Below are positions 26,701 through 36,061 of a DNA stretch of 64,000 nucleotides, piece by piece (the stretch's first letter is position 1; each line of letters starts with the position of its first letter). A model generated the notes under the pieces. That model did no database searches, was not told the DNA's origin, and worked only from the letters and a program-made list of their open reading frames with translations. This stretch comes from Myxococcota bacterium (lineage in GTDB: Bacteria > Myxococcota > UBA4151). The DNA is taken from the NCBI GenBank assembly GCA_036338695.1, contig JAYZBQ010000004.1, positions 1 through 64,000 of the forward strand, given 5' to 3'. Both the position numbers and the translations under genes were made by a program.

Positions 26701-28561
26701 GCAGCGCACGGATCTGGACCCCGCCGTGTAGATCGGTCGGGAGGTTGAGCTGCGCGGTGGCGCGTGCGTCGCTGATCTCGACGGAGCTGGACGCAAGCAC
26801 CTTGCCCTCGCGCAGCGCATCGACGATCACTCTGCCGTTGTGGCTCGAGGTGAGGTCGACGTTGAGCGCCTCGCCCGCTCGCACAAAGCGTTTCTCGGGC
26901 GCCACGAGGATCCCATCCACCAAGCCATCGATCATGACCTGAGCGCTGTGCGCCTGAGCGCCCAGCACGTCGACGCGCAGCTCGGTGGCGAGCTCCATGG
27001 CGGGCAGCTCGATGCGCGCAACGCCTGAGGCGTTGCTGGTGGCCTCGAGCGCTCCGCCGCCTGGAAGGGTCACGCGCAGCTCCGCTTGGATGGGCTGACC
27101 ACCCGGGTTGGTGACCAGGATGAGCGCAGGTTGAGCGACCTTCTTGAGCCAGCGGCCTGCGCTTGGCTGGATCAGGACGCGGCTCGGACCACCAGCCACG
27201 GGGAGCGTGCGCTGGCTCTGGAGCCGCTGCCCGGCGCTGTCCGTTGCGGTGAGGGTGAGCCGATAAGCCGCCTTGCCCTGCGCGACCAGCAGCGGGTCAA
27301 AGCGGCCGACGTCGAGCTGGAAGTCGAGCTGCCCGGCGGCGTTCGTGCGCCCCTCAAAGCGAGTGACCGTCGAGGCTGCGCCGTCGCGAACGGCGTCGCC
27401 GAGGAGCTCGATCGTGGCGTTGGGCACGGGCTGACCAAAGGGGTAACGCAGGCTGAGTGAGCCGCTGAGCTGACCGCCGGGGCTCAGCCAGCTGCGCTCG
27501 AGCTGGAAAGTCACCAGCATCCGAGGGAGCCGGTAGCGCTCGACGATCACCCGCTCTTCGACGGCGGTCTCACCGACCTGCGTGCGGATCAAGTAGGTGC
27601 CTTCGTTGACTCGATCGGCGAGCTTGAAGTCGATCGCCGCCACGCCATAGGCGTTGCTCGTCTCGGTGTGGCGATGCACGCGGTTCTCAGCGCCATCAAA
27701 GATCTCGAAGACGATCGGCTGGTTGGCGCTCGGGCTGCGGTCACCCGCCTCGACGGCGAGCACGCGCAGGTGCATCGTCTGACCGGGTTGATAGCGAGGC
27801 TTATCGGTCGTGACTTGGATGCGCTTGGTGCTCACAAAGTCGATCGGTACGCTCAAGAGCGCCTGACCCGAAGCACCGGCGCTGCTGAGGCGAAGGGTCG
27901 CTGCACCCGCCGTGAAATCGGTCAGGTCGGCTTCGAGCTCGGCGAGCCCGGAGGCGTCGCTGGTGGCTGAGCCGAGCGTTTTCAGCTCGCCCTCACCTTG
28001 TTGCAGACCAAAGTCGACCACGGCGCCTGCCACGACCTCGCCGGAGCTGGCGTCGCGCACGTAGCTGCGAAAGACCGTCGATGAGTTGACCGCAAGTTGG
28101 CGCGAGCCGATGGCGTGGAGCGCCAGGCGTGAGACTGCGCTGAACAGCGAGCGGCGCGCCCGGACGCGGTGATCACCCGCCGTCACGACCGCCTCGACGA
28201 CATACTTAGCGAGGTCGCCCAGCGCGTCGACCTGGACCCCGCTGAGCTCGGCTGAGACTCCGGCGCCTGGTGTGCTCAGGGTCACGCTTGCGGTCTCTTT
28301 TGCCACCGTCACGTCGCGCTCAGCGGCGAGGTTGATGAGCCGCATCTCGACCCTGGCGTCTTCGCTCCCCTCGCTAAGCGCCACAGGGACCGCCAGCGTG
28401 ACCGTGTTGCCGCTGAGTGAGGCTGTGATCAGGTTTTCATCCAACGAGAGCGGGCCGGAGACCAGCTTGTCCGGCAGGAGCCGATCGCCGCTGCTCGGCT
28501 GGGTACAGCCGATGGCGACGAGGGTGAGTCCGGCGAGAGCGGCGCGTGGCAGACCGAGCAT
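23771..28561 (-). CDS. Alpha-2-macroglobulin/thioester-containing (TEP) family lipoprotein, about 1596 aa
   Basis: GGAGG RBS then ATG at 28561; lipobox AIGC; TDKPRYQPGQ (MG2), RSWFPETL, DSITTW, PSGCFEQ thioester, STQAT, YSYYNP. Confidence 0.93.
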   Translation of the reverse strand: MLGLPRAALAGLTLVAIGCTQPSSGDRLLPDKLVSGPLSLDENLITASLSGNTVTLAVPVALSEGSEDARVEMRLINLAAERDVTVAKETASVTLSTPGAGVSAELSGVQVDALGDLAKYVVEAVVTAGDHRVRARRSLFSAVSRLALHAIGSRQLAVNSSTVFRSYVRDASSGEVVAGAVVDFGLQQGEGELKTLGSATSDASGLAELEADLTDFTAGAATLRLSSAGASGQALLSVPIDFVSTKRIQVTTDKPRYQPGQTMHLRVLAVEAGDRSPSANQPIVFEIFDGAENRVHRHTETSNAYGVAAIDFKLADRVNEGTYLIRTQVGETAVEERVIVERYRLPRMLVTFQLERSWLSPGGQLSGSLSLRYPFGQPVPNATIELLGDAVRDGAASTVTRFEGRTNAAGQLDFQLDVGRFDPLLVAQGKAAYRLTLTATDSAGQRLQSQRTLPVAGGPSRVLIQPSAGRWLKKVAQPALILVTNPGGQPIQAELRVTLPGGGALEATSNASGVARIELPAMELATELRVDVLGAQAHSAQVMIDGLVDGILVAPEKRFVRAGEALNVDLTSSHNGRVIVDALREGKVLASSSVEISDARATAQLNLPTDLHGGVQIRALQRSAEGALYTGLSLVHVDGGKVINVAITPEKPSYRPGENARLAIQVRDAEGNPQQAAVGLTAVDESVFGLSPAKPGVSESYFDLGLRPGQDQSPAPSVSINRALSSRDETVAEAAFARLSGAGATVNQDSEVIDQAAAKTHLTARLQRELDGLVEELKNQWEAGDVDFENYEGVMERMLTGRADPFGKIYQFEVGGWQATLVSSGADEVFGTVDDLRVAADLSVAIAQQRGTGFAEADDMAAGAPEQADPGQPEPPEANVEQNEGGGGAAPGAPRVRSWFPETLIAAPMIITDEDGRAEQGLRVADSITTWKIAAQANSATGHIGSGEGDLIVFQPFFVDLDLPVSMTRGDEVHVPVIVYNYLEDAQRVALTLQPVEGMTLIGGAELSVELGPREVKRATYILRAERVGTVEIEVQAIAGEEADAVRRSVRIQPDGDAEIQTVGGRLGAAPANVSMNLPEGVEGANELLVKLYPGLATSAVEGIDSMLKMPSGCFEQTTSTAWPNIMVYNYLLATGQDDDELLNRAIDLLRSGYQRILTFESPTGGYNWWGNNDPGNRILTAIALWQFADLEGIIATDEAVADRHRAWLIEQQATDGSWPAGDALHAGNESLGEDVLRSTAYIATGLHYDGKAGSSVQLALRYLRARVEQTDDLYAVALVANLFALAAPDDPLLTVMLNRLVEAGETVTDGQIKWAFAGNSWTGARGGGTPGEVEMTGLVVQAMLQAGQHAAVAADGLTFLAATKDAFGNWYSTQATMNSLRALTLAAAGATANANGTVEVLLGDEQVGEITLSEENADVHHTLDLSGQTLSSDTADIALRFAGEGTLMYQVIGTRYEPWSRPPAQVGSLGLSVTYDRSQVGVGEIVRVDAEVTSRLDEGAMDQVIVSVATAPGMVALADDLNRLVESGAVQRFERTDRRITFYLMALQPRERRQLRFGLQATRPVSAQHPPSRAYSYYNPDDQASTGASSVVVDP

Positions 28562-28819
28562 AGAGAGCCTCCTTGAGCGCGTCGGGTTAGCGACCCGAGC
28601 GTAAGCAGTCGGTAGACTAGCCGAATATTGAGTTGGCGCAAACACCTGCGGTGATCCAGCGAGGCCGAGGATGCCGGGGCGAGGGCGCTGCGCACGGGAC
28701 CTCCCGGACTCGACTTGGCGCTGCGGCCATGTTTTGGCAGTAGGTGCCCACGAGGGCGGCGCCTCGCGCGGCGCTTGTGACTTATCAAGCCCTTCCTTCG
28801 GGCGGACGCAGGACCTGTT

Positions 28820-30637
28820 ATGGTAAATCATGATTTCCCCACCACGTGGGTTCCGAGCCCGGACGCTGCTGCCGCGACCCATATAGGCCGGCTGATGCGC
28901 CAGCGAAATCAAAGTTTCGAGGCGCTCTGCGCCGACGCTGTCGACGACCCCGAGAGTTACTGGGCGCACGTGCTCGGCGCGCTTCAGGTTCGATTTGACC
29001 GCCAGCCCGACGCGGTGCGTTCGCCGGACGGGGCTTGGCTGCCCGGCGCCGAGTTGAACATCGCCGCCTCGGCGCTCGCGTGCGGGGATGAGGGGGACAT
29101 CGTCTTGGTTCGTGGGCTCGAGACTGGCTCGATCGAGCGCTGGACGCGTGCCGACCTCACAGCGAGGGTTCGGCGAGCCGCCGCAGCGCTTGAGGCCATG
29201 GGTGTGAAGCCGGGTGATGCGCTGGCGATCGCGATGCCGATGACCGCCGAGTCGGTGGTCTTGTACCTTGCGATCGTGTGGGTTGGGGCCGCCGTCGTCT
29301 CGATCGCCGACTCGTTCTCAGCGCAAGAGATGCGGACACGGCTTGAGATCAGCGGCGCACGCGTCGCGTTTACACAAGACCTGATCGCGAGAGGCAGCAA
29401 GCAGATCCCGCTGTATGAACGCCTCGTCGAGGCGGGCGCCGAGCGCGTGGTGGTGCTGCCCCTCGGCGAGACCGTGAGCGTGCCGCTCGCCGAGGGCCAT
29501 ACGGCTTACGACCAGTGGCTCGCAGCAGGGGAAGGGCTCAGCGTGGAGCCGCACAGCGCCTCGATCGAGCGGATCTCGAACATCCTCTTTTCGTCGGGGA
29601 CGACCGGTACCCCCAAGGCGATACCGTGGACCCAGTTAACCCCGATTAAGGCGGCGGCCGACGCGTGGGCTCATCACGACGTGCAGCCCGGCGAGGTGGT
29701 GGTCTGGCCGACCAACTTGGGTTGGATGATGGGGCCCTGGCTGATCTACGCCGCGCTGCACAACGGCGCGGCGATCGGGCTGTTCGAGGGCAGCCCGCTC
29801 GGGATCGGCTTCGCCCGGTTTGTCGAGACGGCGGGTGTGCAGATGCTCGGGGTCGTCCCAAGTTTAGTGAAGGCTTGGCGGCGCGGCGGCGTGCTCGATG
29901 ATGCAGACTGGCGCAAGGTACGGCGCTTCAGCTCGACCGGCGAAGCCTCCAATCCGGCCGATATGGCTTGGTTGATGGCGCAGGCTGACGGTGCGCCGGT
30001 GCTGGAGTACTGCGGCGGCACCGAGATCGGCGGCGGCTACCTGTGCGGTAGCATGGTTCAAGAGCAGCGAGTCGGGCAGTTCTCGACCGTTGTCCTGGGC
30101 TGTCGGCTGTACCTGCTCGACGATGAGGGGCAGCCGAGCGAAGCGGGTGAGGTCGCCTTGGTCTCGCCCCAGTTTGGCGCCAGCGAGCGCTTACTTAATG
30201 GCGATCACGAGCGCGTCTACTTTGCGGGGATGCCGGCTGGTCCCAACGGTGAGCGGCTCCGGCGTCACGGTGATTTTATGGAGCGCTCCGAGGACGGTTT
30301 TTACAAGGCGCACGGTCGCGTGGACGACACGATGAACCTAGGCGGTATCAAGGTCTCGTCTGCGGAGATCGAGCGGGTGATCAACCGCCTTGAGGGGGTG
30401 GTTGAGAGCGCTGCGGTGGCGGTGACGCCCTCATCCGGGGGACCGAGCGAGCTGGTGGTGGTGGTCGTTCCGAGCACCGACGACGTCGAGGCCCTGCACG
30501 CGCAGGTGGCTCAGGCTGTCCGAAGCGACTTGAACCCGCTGTTTCGGGTCACCAAGACGGTGGCGCGCCCATCGCTCCCCCGGACGGCGTCGAACAAGGT
30601 CATGCGGCGCGTGCTGCGCGCCGAGCTCGAGGGCTAG
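28820..30637 (+). CDS. AMP-binding acyl-CoA synthetase (acetyl-CoA-synthetase-like)
   Basis: FSSGTTGTPK, GWMMG, STGE, YCGGTE, HGD, GRVDD..N.GG, PRTASNK. Confidence 0.9.
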   Translation: MVNHDFPTTWVPSPDAAAATHIGRLMRQRNQSFEALCADAVDDPESYWAHVLGALQVRFDRQPDAVRSPDGAWLPGAELNIAASALACGDEGDIVLVRGLETGSIERWTRADLTARVRRAAAALEAMGVKPGDALAIAMPMTAESVVLYLAIVWVGAAVVSIADSFSAQEMRTRLEISGARVAFTQDLIARGSKQIPLYERLVEAGAERVVVLPLGETVSVPLAEGHTAYDQWLAAGEGLSVEPHSASIERISNILFSSGTTGTPKAIPWTQLTPIKAAADAWAHHDVQPGEVVVWPTNLGWMMGPWLIYAALHNGAAIGLFEGSPLGIGFARFVETAGVQMLGVVPSLVKAWRRGGVLDDADWRKVRRFSSTGEASNPADMAWLMAQADGAPVLEYCGGTEIGGGYLCGSMVQEQRVGQFSTVVLGCRLYLLDDEGQPSEAGEVALVSPQFGASERLLNGDHERVYFAGMPAGPNGERLRRHGDFMERSEDGFYKAHGRVDDTMNLGGIKVSSAEIERVINRLEGVVESAAVAVTPSSGGPSELVVVVVPSTDDVEALHAQVAQAVRSDLNPLFRVTKTVARPSLPRTASNKVMRRVLRAELEG

Positions 30638-31182
30638 GGCGTCGTCGGCGTCGGCGCCGCAGGTGCGTTGTCGACCGCCTGGATATCGATCAGCGCGCGC
30701 GCCTGACCGACGCGCCCTCTCATGTGCTCGATCAGATGAAAAAGGGTCCGCTTTTTGAGCTTGCCCTCAAAGGCGGGCGCCCCGCCATGTCCTTTCCAGA
30801 CGCGTTCGATCATGGGGTCGATGGCGTTGTTGATCAGCTGTGGCTGCTCGACGTAGTTCGGCGCACCTTGGATGACGCCCTCACCATTGGCGCCATGACA
30901 GATCTCGCAGTTGCGTTTGGACAGGCTCATGAGGTCGTTGCTGTTGGGGTCCGGCTGGACGCCCGGCGGCAGCGCCGGAGGGTGGAGCGGTGTGCCGTCA
31001 TCGAGCACAGGCGCCGGAGGACCCGTCGGGAGCCCCTCGACGAGCTGCGGCGGGAGCGAGGGCTGCGAGGAGACCGTCCCTGGGTCGAGCATCTCCACCT
31101 CGACAGGCTGATCAATGATCTCAGGCCCTGCTTGTTGGCAAGCTGCGACGAGTCCCAAGGTGACAAAAGCTGCAAAGCGCAT
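30634..31182 (-). CDS. Monoheme cytochrome c lipoprotein with Pro-rich linker
   Basis: Lipobox VAAC; NCEICHG.NGEG; G.GGAPAF.GKL. Confidence 0.8.
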   Translation of the reverse strand: MRFAAFVTLGLVAACQQAGPEIIDQPVEVEMLDPGTVSSQPSLPPQLVEGLPTGPPAPVLDDGTPLHPPALPPGVQPDPNSNDLMSLSKRNCEICHGANGEGVIQGAPNYVEQPQLINNAIDPMIERVWKGHGGAPAFEGKLKKRTLFHLIEHMRGRVGQARALIDIQAVDNAPAAPTPTTP

Positions 31183-31201
31183 CACACTAAGCTCCAGAGC
31201 G

Positions 31202-31957
31202 ATGACGAGCACCGAATACGACCCAGAACTCTATCATTTGTTGCATCGTGGCAACCCCGGCGATCTGCGCTGGTATCGTCAGCGCTGCGCAGGCGCGCAG
31301 CGCATCTTGGAGCTAGGGTGCGGCGATGGTCGGCTCCTCGTGCCGCTCGCACAAGACGGCGCACAGGTCGTCGGAGTCGATGCCTCCAAGGCGATGCTGG
31401 CTCGCTGTGCAGAGCGCTTCCACCGCGCAGGACTGCGCGCCGAGTTGGTCTGCGGCGATATGTCTGCCTTCGCACTGCCTTGGCGCTTTGATCGGGTCTT
31501 GATCCCGTACAACAGCTTGTACTGTTTGACGACGCATTCGGCTCAGCTCGCCTGCCTCAAAGCGGTCGCCAATCACCTCGAGCCCGGCGGTCAGCTCCTG
31601 CTCGACGCCTATGCCGCCGACCCCGTAGCGGCCGGCGAAGCCGCCGCCGAGCCTGTGGCCGAGCATGTGGTCGCGCTGTTCCATGACGGCGATCGACAGG
31701 TTGAGGTGCGCGAGCGCAGCGAGGAGCAGCCGGATCAGCAGCTGATCAACGCGACCTACGACTATCACCTCATCAGTGGGGATGGGACGTATTCACTGCA
31801 GAGCTGGTCCATCCTGCAGCGCTACGTGTTCCCGCATCAAATGCGGCAGCTCGTCGATCAGGCGGGGCTTGTCCTTGAGGCCGTTTACGGTGATTTTGAC
31901 CAGACGCCATTTACAGACGTCAGCGCGCAGATGGTGCTGGTGGCGTCGAAGTTGTGA
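31202..31957 (+). CDS. Class I SAM-dependent methyltransferase
   Basis: ILELGCGDGR, GVD.S..ML, GDM, HLEPGG. Confidence 0.9.
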   Translation: MTSTEYDPELYHLLHRGNPGDLRWYRQRCAGAQRILELGCGDGRLLVPLAQDGAQVVGVDASKAMLARCAERFHRAGLRAELVCGDMSAFALPWRFDRVLIPYNSLYCLTTHSAQLACLKAVANHLEPGGQLLLDAYAADPVAAGEAAAEPVAEHVVALFHDGDRQVEVRERSEEQPDQQLINATYDYHLISGDGTYSLQSWSILQRYVFPHQMRQLVDQAGLVLEAVYGDFDQTPFTDVSAQMVLVASKL

Positions 31958-32826
31958 GGAGCGGGTACATGGGATGTCGATCCGGCTTGGTGTGGTTGGC
32001 GGTGATCGGTGGGGCAGGGTGTGTTCACGCCGTGCCGGTGGTGGACGCACGTGAGCACTTTGCGCAGGTGCACCAAGAGGCCAAATCGCGCGCCGCTGCA
32101 GCGCTTAAAGAAGCCAAAGAGGCGGACCGGCTCGTTCGTCGATTGTCGGATTTGATCGAGGACCGGACGCAGAAGCCGCTGCCTGAGCTCAAGCGGCTAG
32201 CCTCTGCCATGTCGGCGGCGGCGCAGAGCCTTCGAGCCCGAGCCCGAGCGATTCAGAAGGCGCGCACGCGCCTCGCCAAGCTGGGCCGCGGACGCACCGA
32301 GCTGCGGCGCAATGAGCCTGGCTGGAAGCTCTATGAGACCCTCCAGCGCGACCTCGCTCGGCTCGACGCCGACAGCCGCACAGCGTATCGGAACTTTCAA
32401 TTGCAACCGGATGCGATCAAGCGCCTCTGCGCCGAGCATGGTGTGGGCCCGATGGATACCAGCGGCTTTGGTGACCGAATGGGTGCCAAGATCAAGGCGA
32501 TGGATGCGCAGGTGCGAGAGGCGAGCGCGCACCTGGAGCGGGTCGAGTATCTGCTGGAGGAGGAGTCGGTGGATCCCGAGTCGATGCGTGCGGTGCAGGC
32601 TGCTCGCGTTCAGCTGCAAGCGATCACAGAGACCCGCGCCGAGGTCCGGCGAACGGCGCTGCGTTTTCGCCTTGAGACGAAAGCCGGTCCCGACGCCGTC
32701 ATCGCGCCCGGTATGGTCACCTCCGACCTGTTTGAGCGGCTGGACAACCTGGCCGCAGACATCAAGGCCTCGGCTCGGCGCATCCAGAAGCTGACCCAGT
32801 CCCTGCCCTCGAGAGACAGCGAATGA
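31954..32826 (+). CDS. Hypothetical helical/coiled-coil lipoprotein
   Basis: Lipobox GAGC; amphipathic helices; 4-bp overlaps on both sides. Confidence 0.7.
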   Translation: MRSGYMGCRSGLVWLAVIGGAGCVHAVPVVDAREHFAQVHQEAKSRAAAALKEAKEADRLVRRLSDLIEDRTQKPLPELKRLASAMSAAAQSLRARARAIQKARTRLAKLGRGRTELRRNEPGWKLYETLQRDLARLDADSRTAYRNFQLQPDAIKRLCAEHGVGPMDTSGFGDRMGAKIKAMDAQVREASAHLERVEYLLEEESVDPESMRAVQAARVQLQAITETRAEVRRTALRFRLETKAGPDAVIAPGMVTSDLFERLDNLAADIKASARRIQKLTQSLPSRDSE

Positions 32827-33290
32827 ATCAACCAACGAACGAACCAAACTACACGACGGTCATGATCATCTGGGGGGCGATGGTCTTCGCCGTGGTGCCG
32901 AACGTGATCGTGGCGGTCATGATTGCTGAGCCGAAAGAGGAGCCTTTCGAACAGACCATCATTGCCGTGATGTGCTTGATGGCCGTGTTCAATCTGGCGC
33001 TCAGCGTCGGGATCAGGCGCTGGGCGAGTCAGCCGGCGCGGCTGCTCAGCGGCGGCCTGTCGCCTCAAGAGCTGAGCGAGCGTCAGTTCCCGATCCCGAT
33101 GCAGCAGCAGATCTTGACCTGGGCGCTCGCCGAGTCAGCGACGATTTTCGGGTTGGTGCTCAGCGTTCTGTCGGGCGATGCGCAATACGCGATCGCTTTG
33201 GGCGTTCTGACGATAGCGACGATGTTCGTGTTCCACCGCCCCCGGCGTCTCATCCCCGAAGATTTCTTTGATGGGAGCCACGGGCTGTAG
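32823..33290 (+). CDS. Hypothetical membrane protein (about 4 TM)
   Basis: Four hydrophobic segments; WALAES..IFG; ATGA overlap. Confidence 0.75.
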   Translation: MNQPTNEPNYTTVMIIWGAMVFAVVPNVIVAVMIAEPKEEPFEQTIIAVMCLMAVFNLALSVGIRRWASQPARLLSGGLSPQELSERQFPIPMQQQILTWALAESATIFGLVLSVLSGDAQYAIALGVLTIATMFVFHRPRRLIPEDFFDGSHGL

Positions 33291-33312
33291 GGCGAACAGA
33301 AGGGGAGAAGGC

Positions 33313-33975
33313 ATGGACGCACCGATCGAGAGTATCCCAGACGACGCGCTGACACAGCTGCCCCTGTTTCCCTTACCCAACGTCGTCTTCTTCCCCGGGA
33401 TGTTGCTGCCCCTCAACGTGTTTGAGCCGCGCTATCTTGAGCTGATGACGCACTGCCTTGACGGGCATCGCGTCGTCGCCATCCCGCTGCTCAAACCCGG
33501 CTATCAAGAGGATTACGACGGCCGCCCCCCGATTCATTCGGTCGTCGGCGCCGGGGTGATCAGCGGTCACAGGCGCCTCGATGACGGTCGCATGATGGTG
33601 GTCTTGCAAGGGCTTGAGCGCCTGCGCATCACGGGCGAGCTGCCGCCTGATCAGGCCTTTCGGCTGGCGCGCGCCGAGCGGGTAGTCGAGGTGGGGCGCG
33701 ACGCAGACCTAAGCGAGGAGTGGGTCGTCCTGAGCAATCTGTTGAGCCAGCTCGGTCAGGCGCGCCCGCAGGCTGCGTTGGTGCTTGCGCAGATCGAAGA
33801 GGTGGCCGATACGATCCCCGAGCTGGTCGACTTGCTCGCGGCGTACATCGTCGGTGACGTGGCGCTGCGCCAAGAGCTGCTCTCAGAGCTCAACGTCGAG
33901 CAGCGGTTTGCTCGCTTGACTCAGATCATCGCCGACATCGTCCTCCAGGTCAGCGCTGATGAGGTGCTCCACTAA
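33313..33975 (+). CDS. LON peptidase substrate-binding (Lon N-terminal) domain protein
   Basis: LPLFPL..V.FPG..LPL.VFEPRY, DGR, G..R; no ATPase domain. Confidence 0.92.
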   Translation: MDAPIESIPDDALTQLPLFPLPNVVFFPGMLLPLNVFEPRYLELMTHCLDGHRVVAIPLLKPGYQEDYDGRPPIHSVVGAGVISGHRRLDDGRMMVVLQGLERLRITGELPPDQAFRLARAERVVEVGRDADLSEEWVVLSNLLSQLGQARPQAALVLAQIEEVADTIPELVDLLAAYIVGDVALRQELLSELNVEQRFARLTQIIADIVLQVSADEVLH

Positions 33976-34163
33976 GCTCCGGAGCACGCCCCTTGGACGA
34001 TGAGGTAGGGGATGAGGATGTACAAGATGGTGTCCCGAACGAGGTAAAACAGGATGAAGCCGACAACGAGTCGCCAGCCATAGCGGTCGAACAGACCGCG
34101 CCAGCCGGACTCCTTGCGGACCCGCTTCATGGTCTTAAACCAATTTGACTTCTCCTCAGTCAT
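33972..34163 (-). CDS. Small membrane protein (63 aa)
   Basis: GAGGAG RBS; basic N-terminus then GW...GFILFYLVRDTILYILIPY. Confidence 0.7.
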   Translation of the reverse strand: MTEEKSNWFKTMKRVRKESGWRGLFDRYGWRLVVGFILFYLVRDTILYILIPYLIVQGACSGA

Positions 34164-35982
34164 GGCTGGGCTCCTCGGCGTTGGGTCGCCCTGCCTGATC
34201 CCCTCGACGTTGACAAGCGGCTGTGGGGCTAGCCTCGATCCGCCTGGCATAGCGGAGCAGCACCACGACATAGGCGACACCCCCTGCCGCCAGCAGGAAA
34301 GAGCCCCCTTGCGCGCCGCTCAGCGCGCGCTGTGCGCCGACGGCGCTGAGCAAGAGGGCGACGAGCGCCGCCAGCGCAAACAACCACCAAGTCGAAGGAA
34401 CGACCTGTGTGCGCGCCATAAATCGATCGACCTGCTGGGTATCACTGGGGGTGCGCCCGGCGGTGACAAGGCATGCCACCAAGCCGGTCGCGCCGACGCT
34501 CGTCATCTGCCAGGCAAAGGACAGCGGCTCCCATGGCCCCCATAGCACCAGCGCCGACACCAAGGTGCTTGCGCCAAAGGCGTTGAGCTCGGCTTGCGCG
34601 TTGATGCGGGGCAGAAACCAGCGCAGCAGAGTCGGTGCGCCGAGCCCCGCTCCCAGGACCAGAAGGACCTTCCAGGCTGCTGCGATCGACTCGAGGTGCA
34701 CCGCCAAGACGGCGGCGGTCAGCGCCATGACCGGCTGAGCCCAGCGGCTGACACTCAGCCTGCGTGCGTCGGTTGTGCGTGCCGGCAGCAGGTCGTTGGC
34801 TAGGTAGCTGGCGCCCCAGTGAAGGTGTGTGTCTGCGGTCGAGACCAGCGCTGCGACCATGCCCCCGAGCGCCAAGCCGAGCACGCCAGAAGGGAGCCAC
34901 GACAGCATCGCGTCGGGATAGCTTTGCTCAAAACCGCTGCCCGGAGGGACGCTCAACAAGAGCCCGACCACCAAGCCGGTCGCTACCCATGCCCATGGGC
35001 GGAGCATATAGTGCGCTGCGGTGAACCAGCCCATGGCGAGGGTTGCGTCGCGCGGGCTCTTGCACGCCAGCATACGCTGAACCAAGATGCCGCCTCCGTC
35101 TGCGTTCTTGTTCGCCCACCAGCTCAGCAGCAGCGCGATGATGACGAGGTCGGCGTGATCGCCGACGAGATCGAGCGAGGTGGGGGTGCTGCGGGTGAGC
35201 TCGAGCCAGCTGGCGTCGAGGGGGTCGAGCGCGGCGAGGACGCTGAGGTCCGGCGTGAGCAACCCGTTGCGCTGTTGCTCGATCAGCTGCGCCACGCCCT
35301 CGACGCTGCCGACCGACTGATAGGCGATCCAGGCGAGCGCGACGGCGCCGAACATCGCGAGGCTGAATTGCAACAGGTCCGTCCAGACCACACCGCGCAA
35401 GCCGGCGACCGTGCCATAGGCGAGCGCGATGATCAGCGCACAGCCCAGCCCGAGCACCGAGGCGCCATCCAGGCTGCCGAGCGCAAGCTGCGCCAGCGTG
35501 TCGTGACCGACCCATTCGGCGAAAGGGATGAGGCTGCCTAAGACCTTGGCGCCTGCGTGCAGCACCCACCCAAGAACAAAGAGGTTGATGGGCACCATAA
35601 AGTACACAGCCCGCAGACGGCGCAGCGTGCGCGCAGCGACGCCGTCGCCGTAGCGCAGGGTCACTACCTCGGCATCTGTCGTGCATTCGGTCGCTCTCCA
35701 CCGAGCCGCCAGACCAAAGGTGACCAAAAGGTGGGAGCCGAGCAAGCCCCACCAGAACCAGTTGGCGGCGAGGCCCTTTTGGGCGGTCAGCCCGGCGACG
35801 ACCAGCGGCGTATCGACGGCGAAGGTGGTGGCGACCATAGAGGTCCCCGCAGCCCACCACGGCAGGCTGCGTCCTGCGAGCAAGAAGTCGTCGGTGTCGG
35901 CGTCTTGGCGCGCACCCGCCAGCCCGAGCCCGAGGGTGCCGAGTACGACGAGACATAAAAGGGTAAGATCAAGCGCAGTCAC
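34156..35982 (-). CDS. Sodium:solute symporter family transporter
   Basis: AGRSLPWW..G.SMVATTF..DTPL, GV.WTD..QF, QRM, ST.DT.L.WGASY; many TM segments. Confidence 0.9.
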   Translation of the reverse strand: MTALDLTLLCLVVLGTLGLGLAGARQDADTDDFLLAGRSLPWWAAGTSMVATTFAVDTPLVVAGLTAQKGLAANWFWWGLLGSHLLVTFGLAARWRATECTTDAEVVTLRYGDGVAARTLRRLRAVYFMVPINLFVLGWVLHAGAKVLGSLIPFAEWVGHDTLAQLALGSLDGASVLGLGCALIIALAYGTVAGLRGVVWTDLLQFSLAMFGAVALAWIAYQSVGSVEGVAQLIEQQRNGLLTPDLSVLAALDPLDASWLELTRSTPTSLDLVGDHADLVIIALLLSWWANKNADGGGILVQRMLACKSPRDATLAMGWFTAAHYMLRPWAWVATGLVVGLLLSVPPGSGFEQSYPDAMLSWLPSGVLGLALGGMVAALVSTADTHLHWGASYLANDLLPARTTDARRLSVSRWAQPVMALTAAVLAVHLESIAAAWKVLLVLGAGLGAPTLLRWFLPRINAQAELNAFGASTLVSALVLWGPWEPLSFAWQMTSVGATGLVACLVTAGRTPSDTQQVDRFMARTQVVPSTWWLFALAALVALLLSAVGAQRALSGAQGGSFLLAAGGVAYVVVLLRYARRIEASPTAACQRRGDQAGRPNAEEPSHD

Positions 35983-35996
35983 CGCTACGGGGTGAC

Positions 35997-36030
35997 AAAA
36001 AAGAGAACGGACGACCAGAGGGGTCGTCCG
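35997..36030 (-). terminator. Rho-independent terminator
   Basis: 9-bp stem CGGACGACC/GGTCGTCCG followed on the minus strand by TTCTCTTTTTT, downstream of 36062..36577. Confidence 0.75.
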
Positions 36031-36061
36031 CGCTCACGCCAAGTCGTCTTTGACGTATGAC

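Noticed and set aside
25151..26731. 526-aa plus-strand ORF and similar long antisense ORFs (e.g. 20481..21590, 36644..37552, 49902..50864, 56591..57604)
   Set aside because: Shadow ORFs of real genes in high-GC DNA; no recognisable motifs.
28630..28650. Sigma54 promoter TGGCGC..CTGC
   Set aside because: GG-to-GC spacing is 11 rather than 10.
28562..28969. 136-aa N-terminal extension of the A2M ORF
   Set aside because: It overlaps the divergent synthetase; the ATG at 28561 has a GGAGG RBS and a lipoprotein signal.
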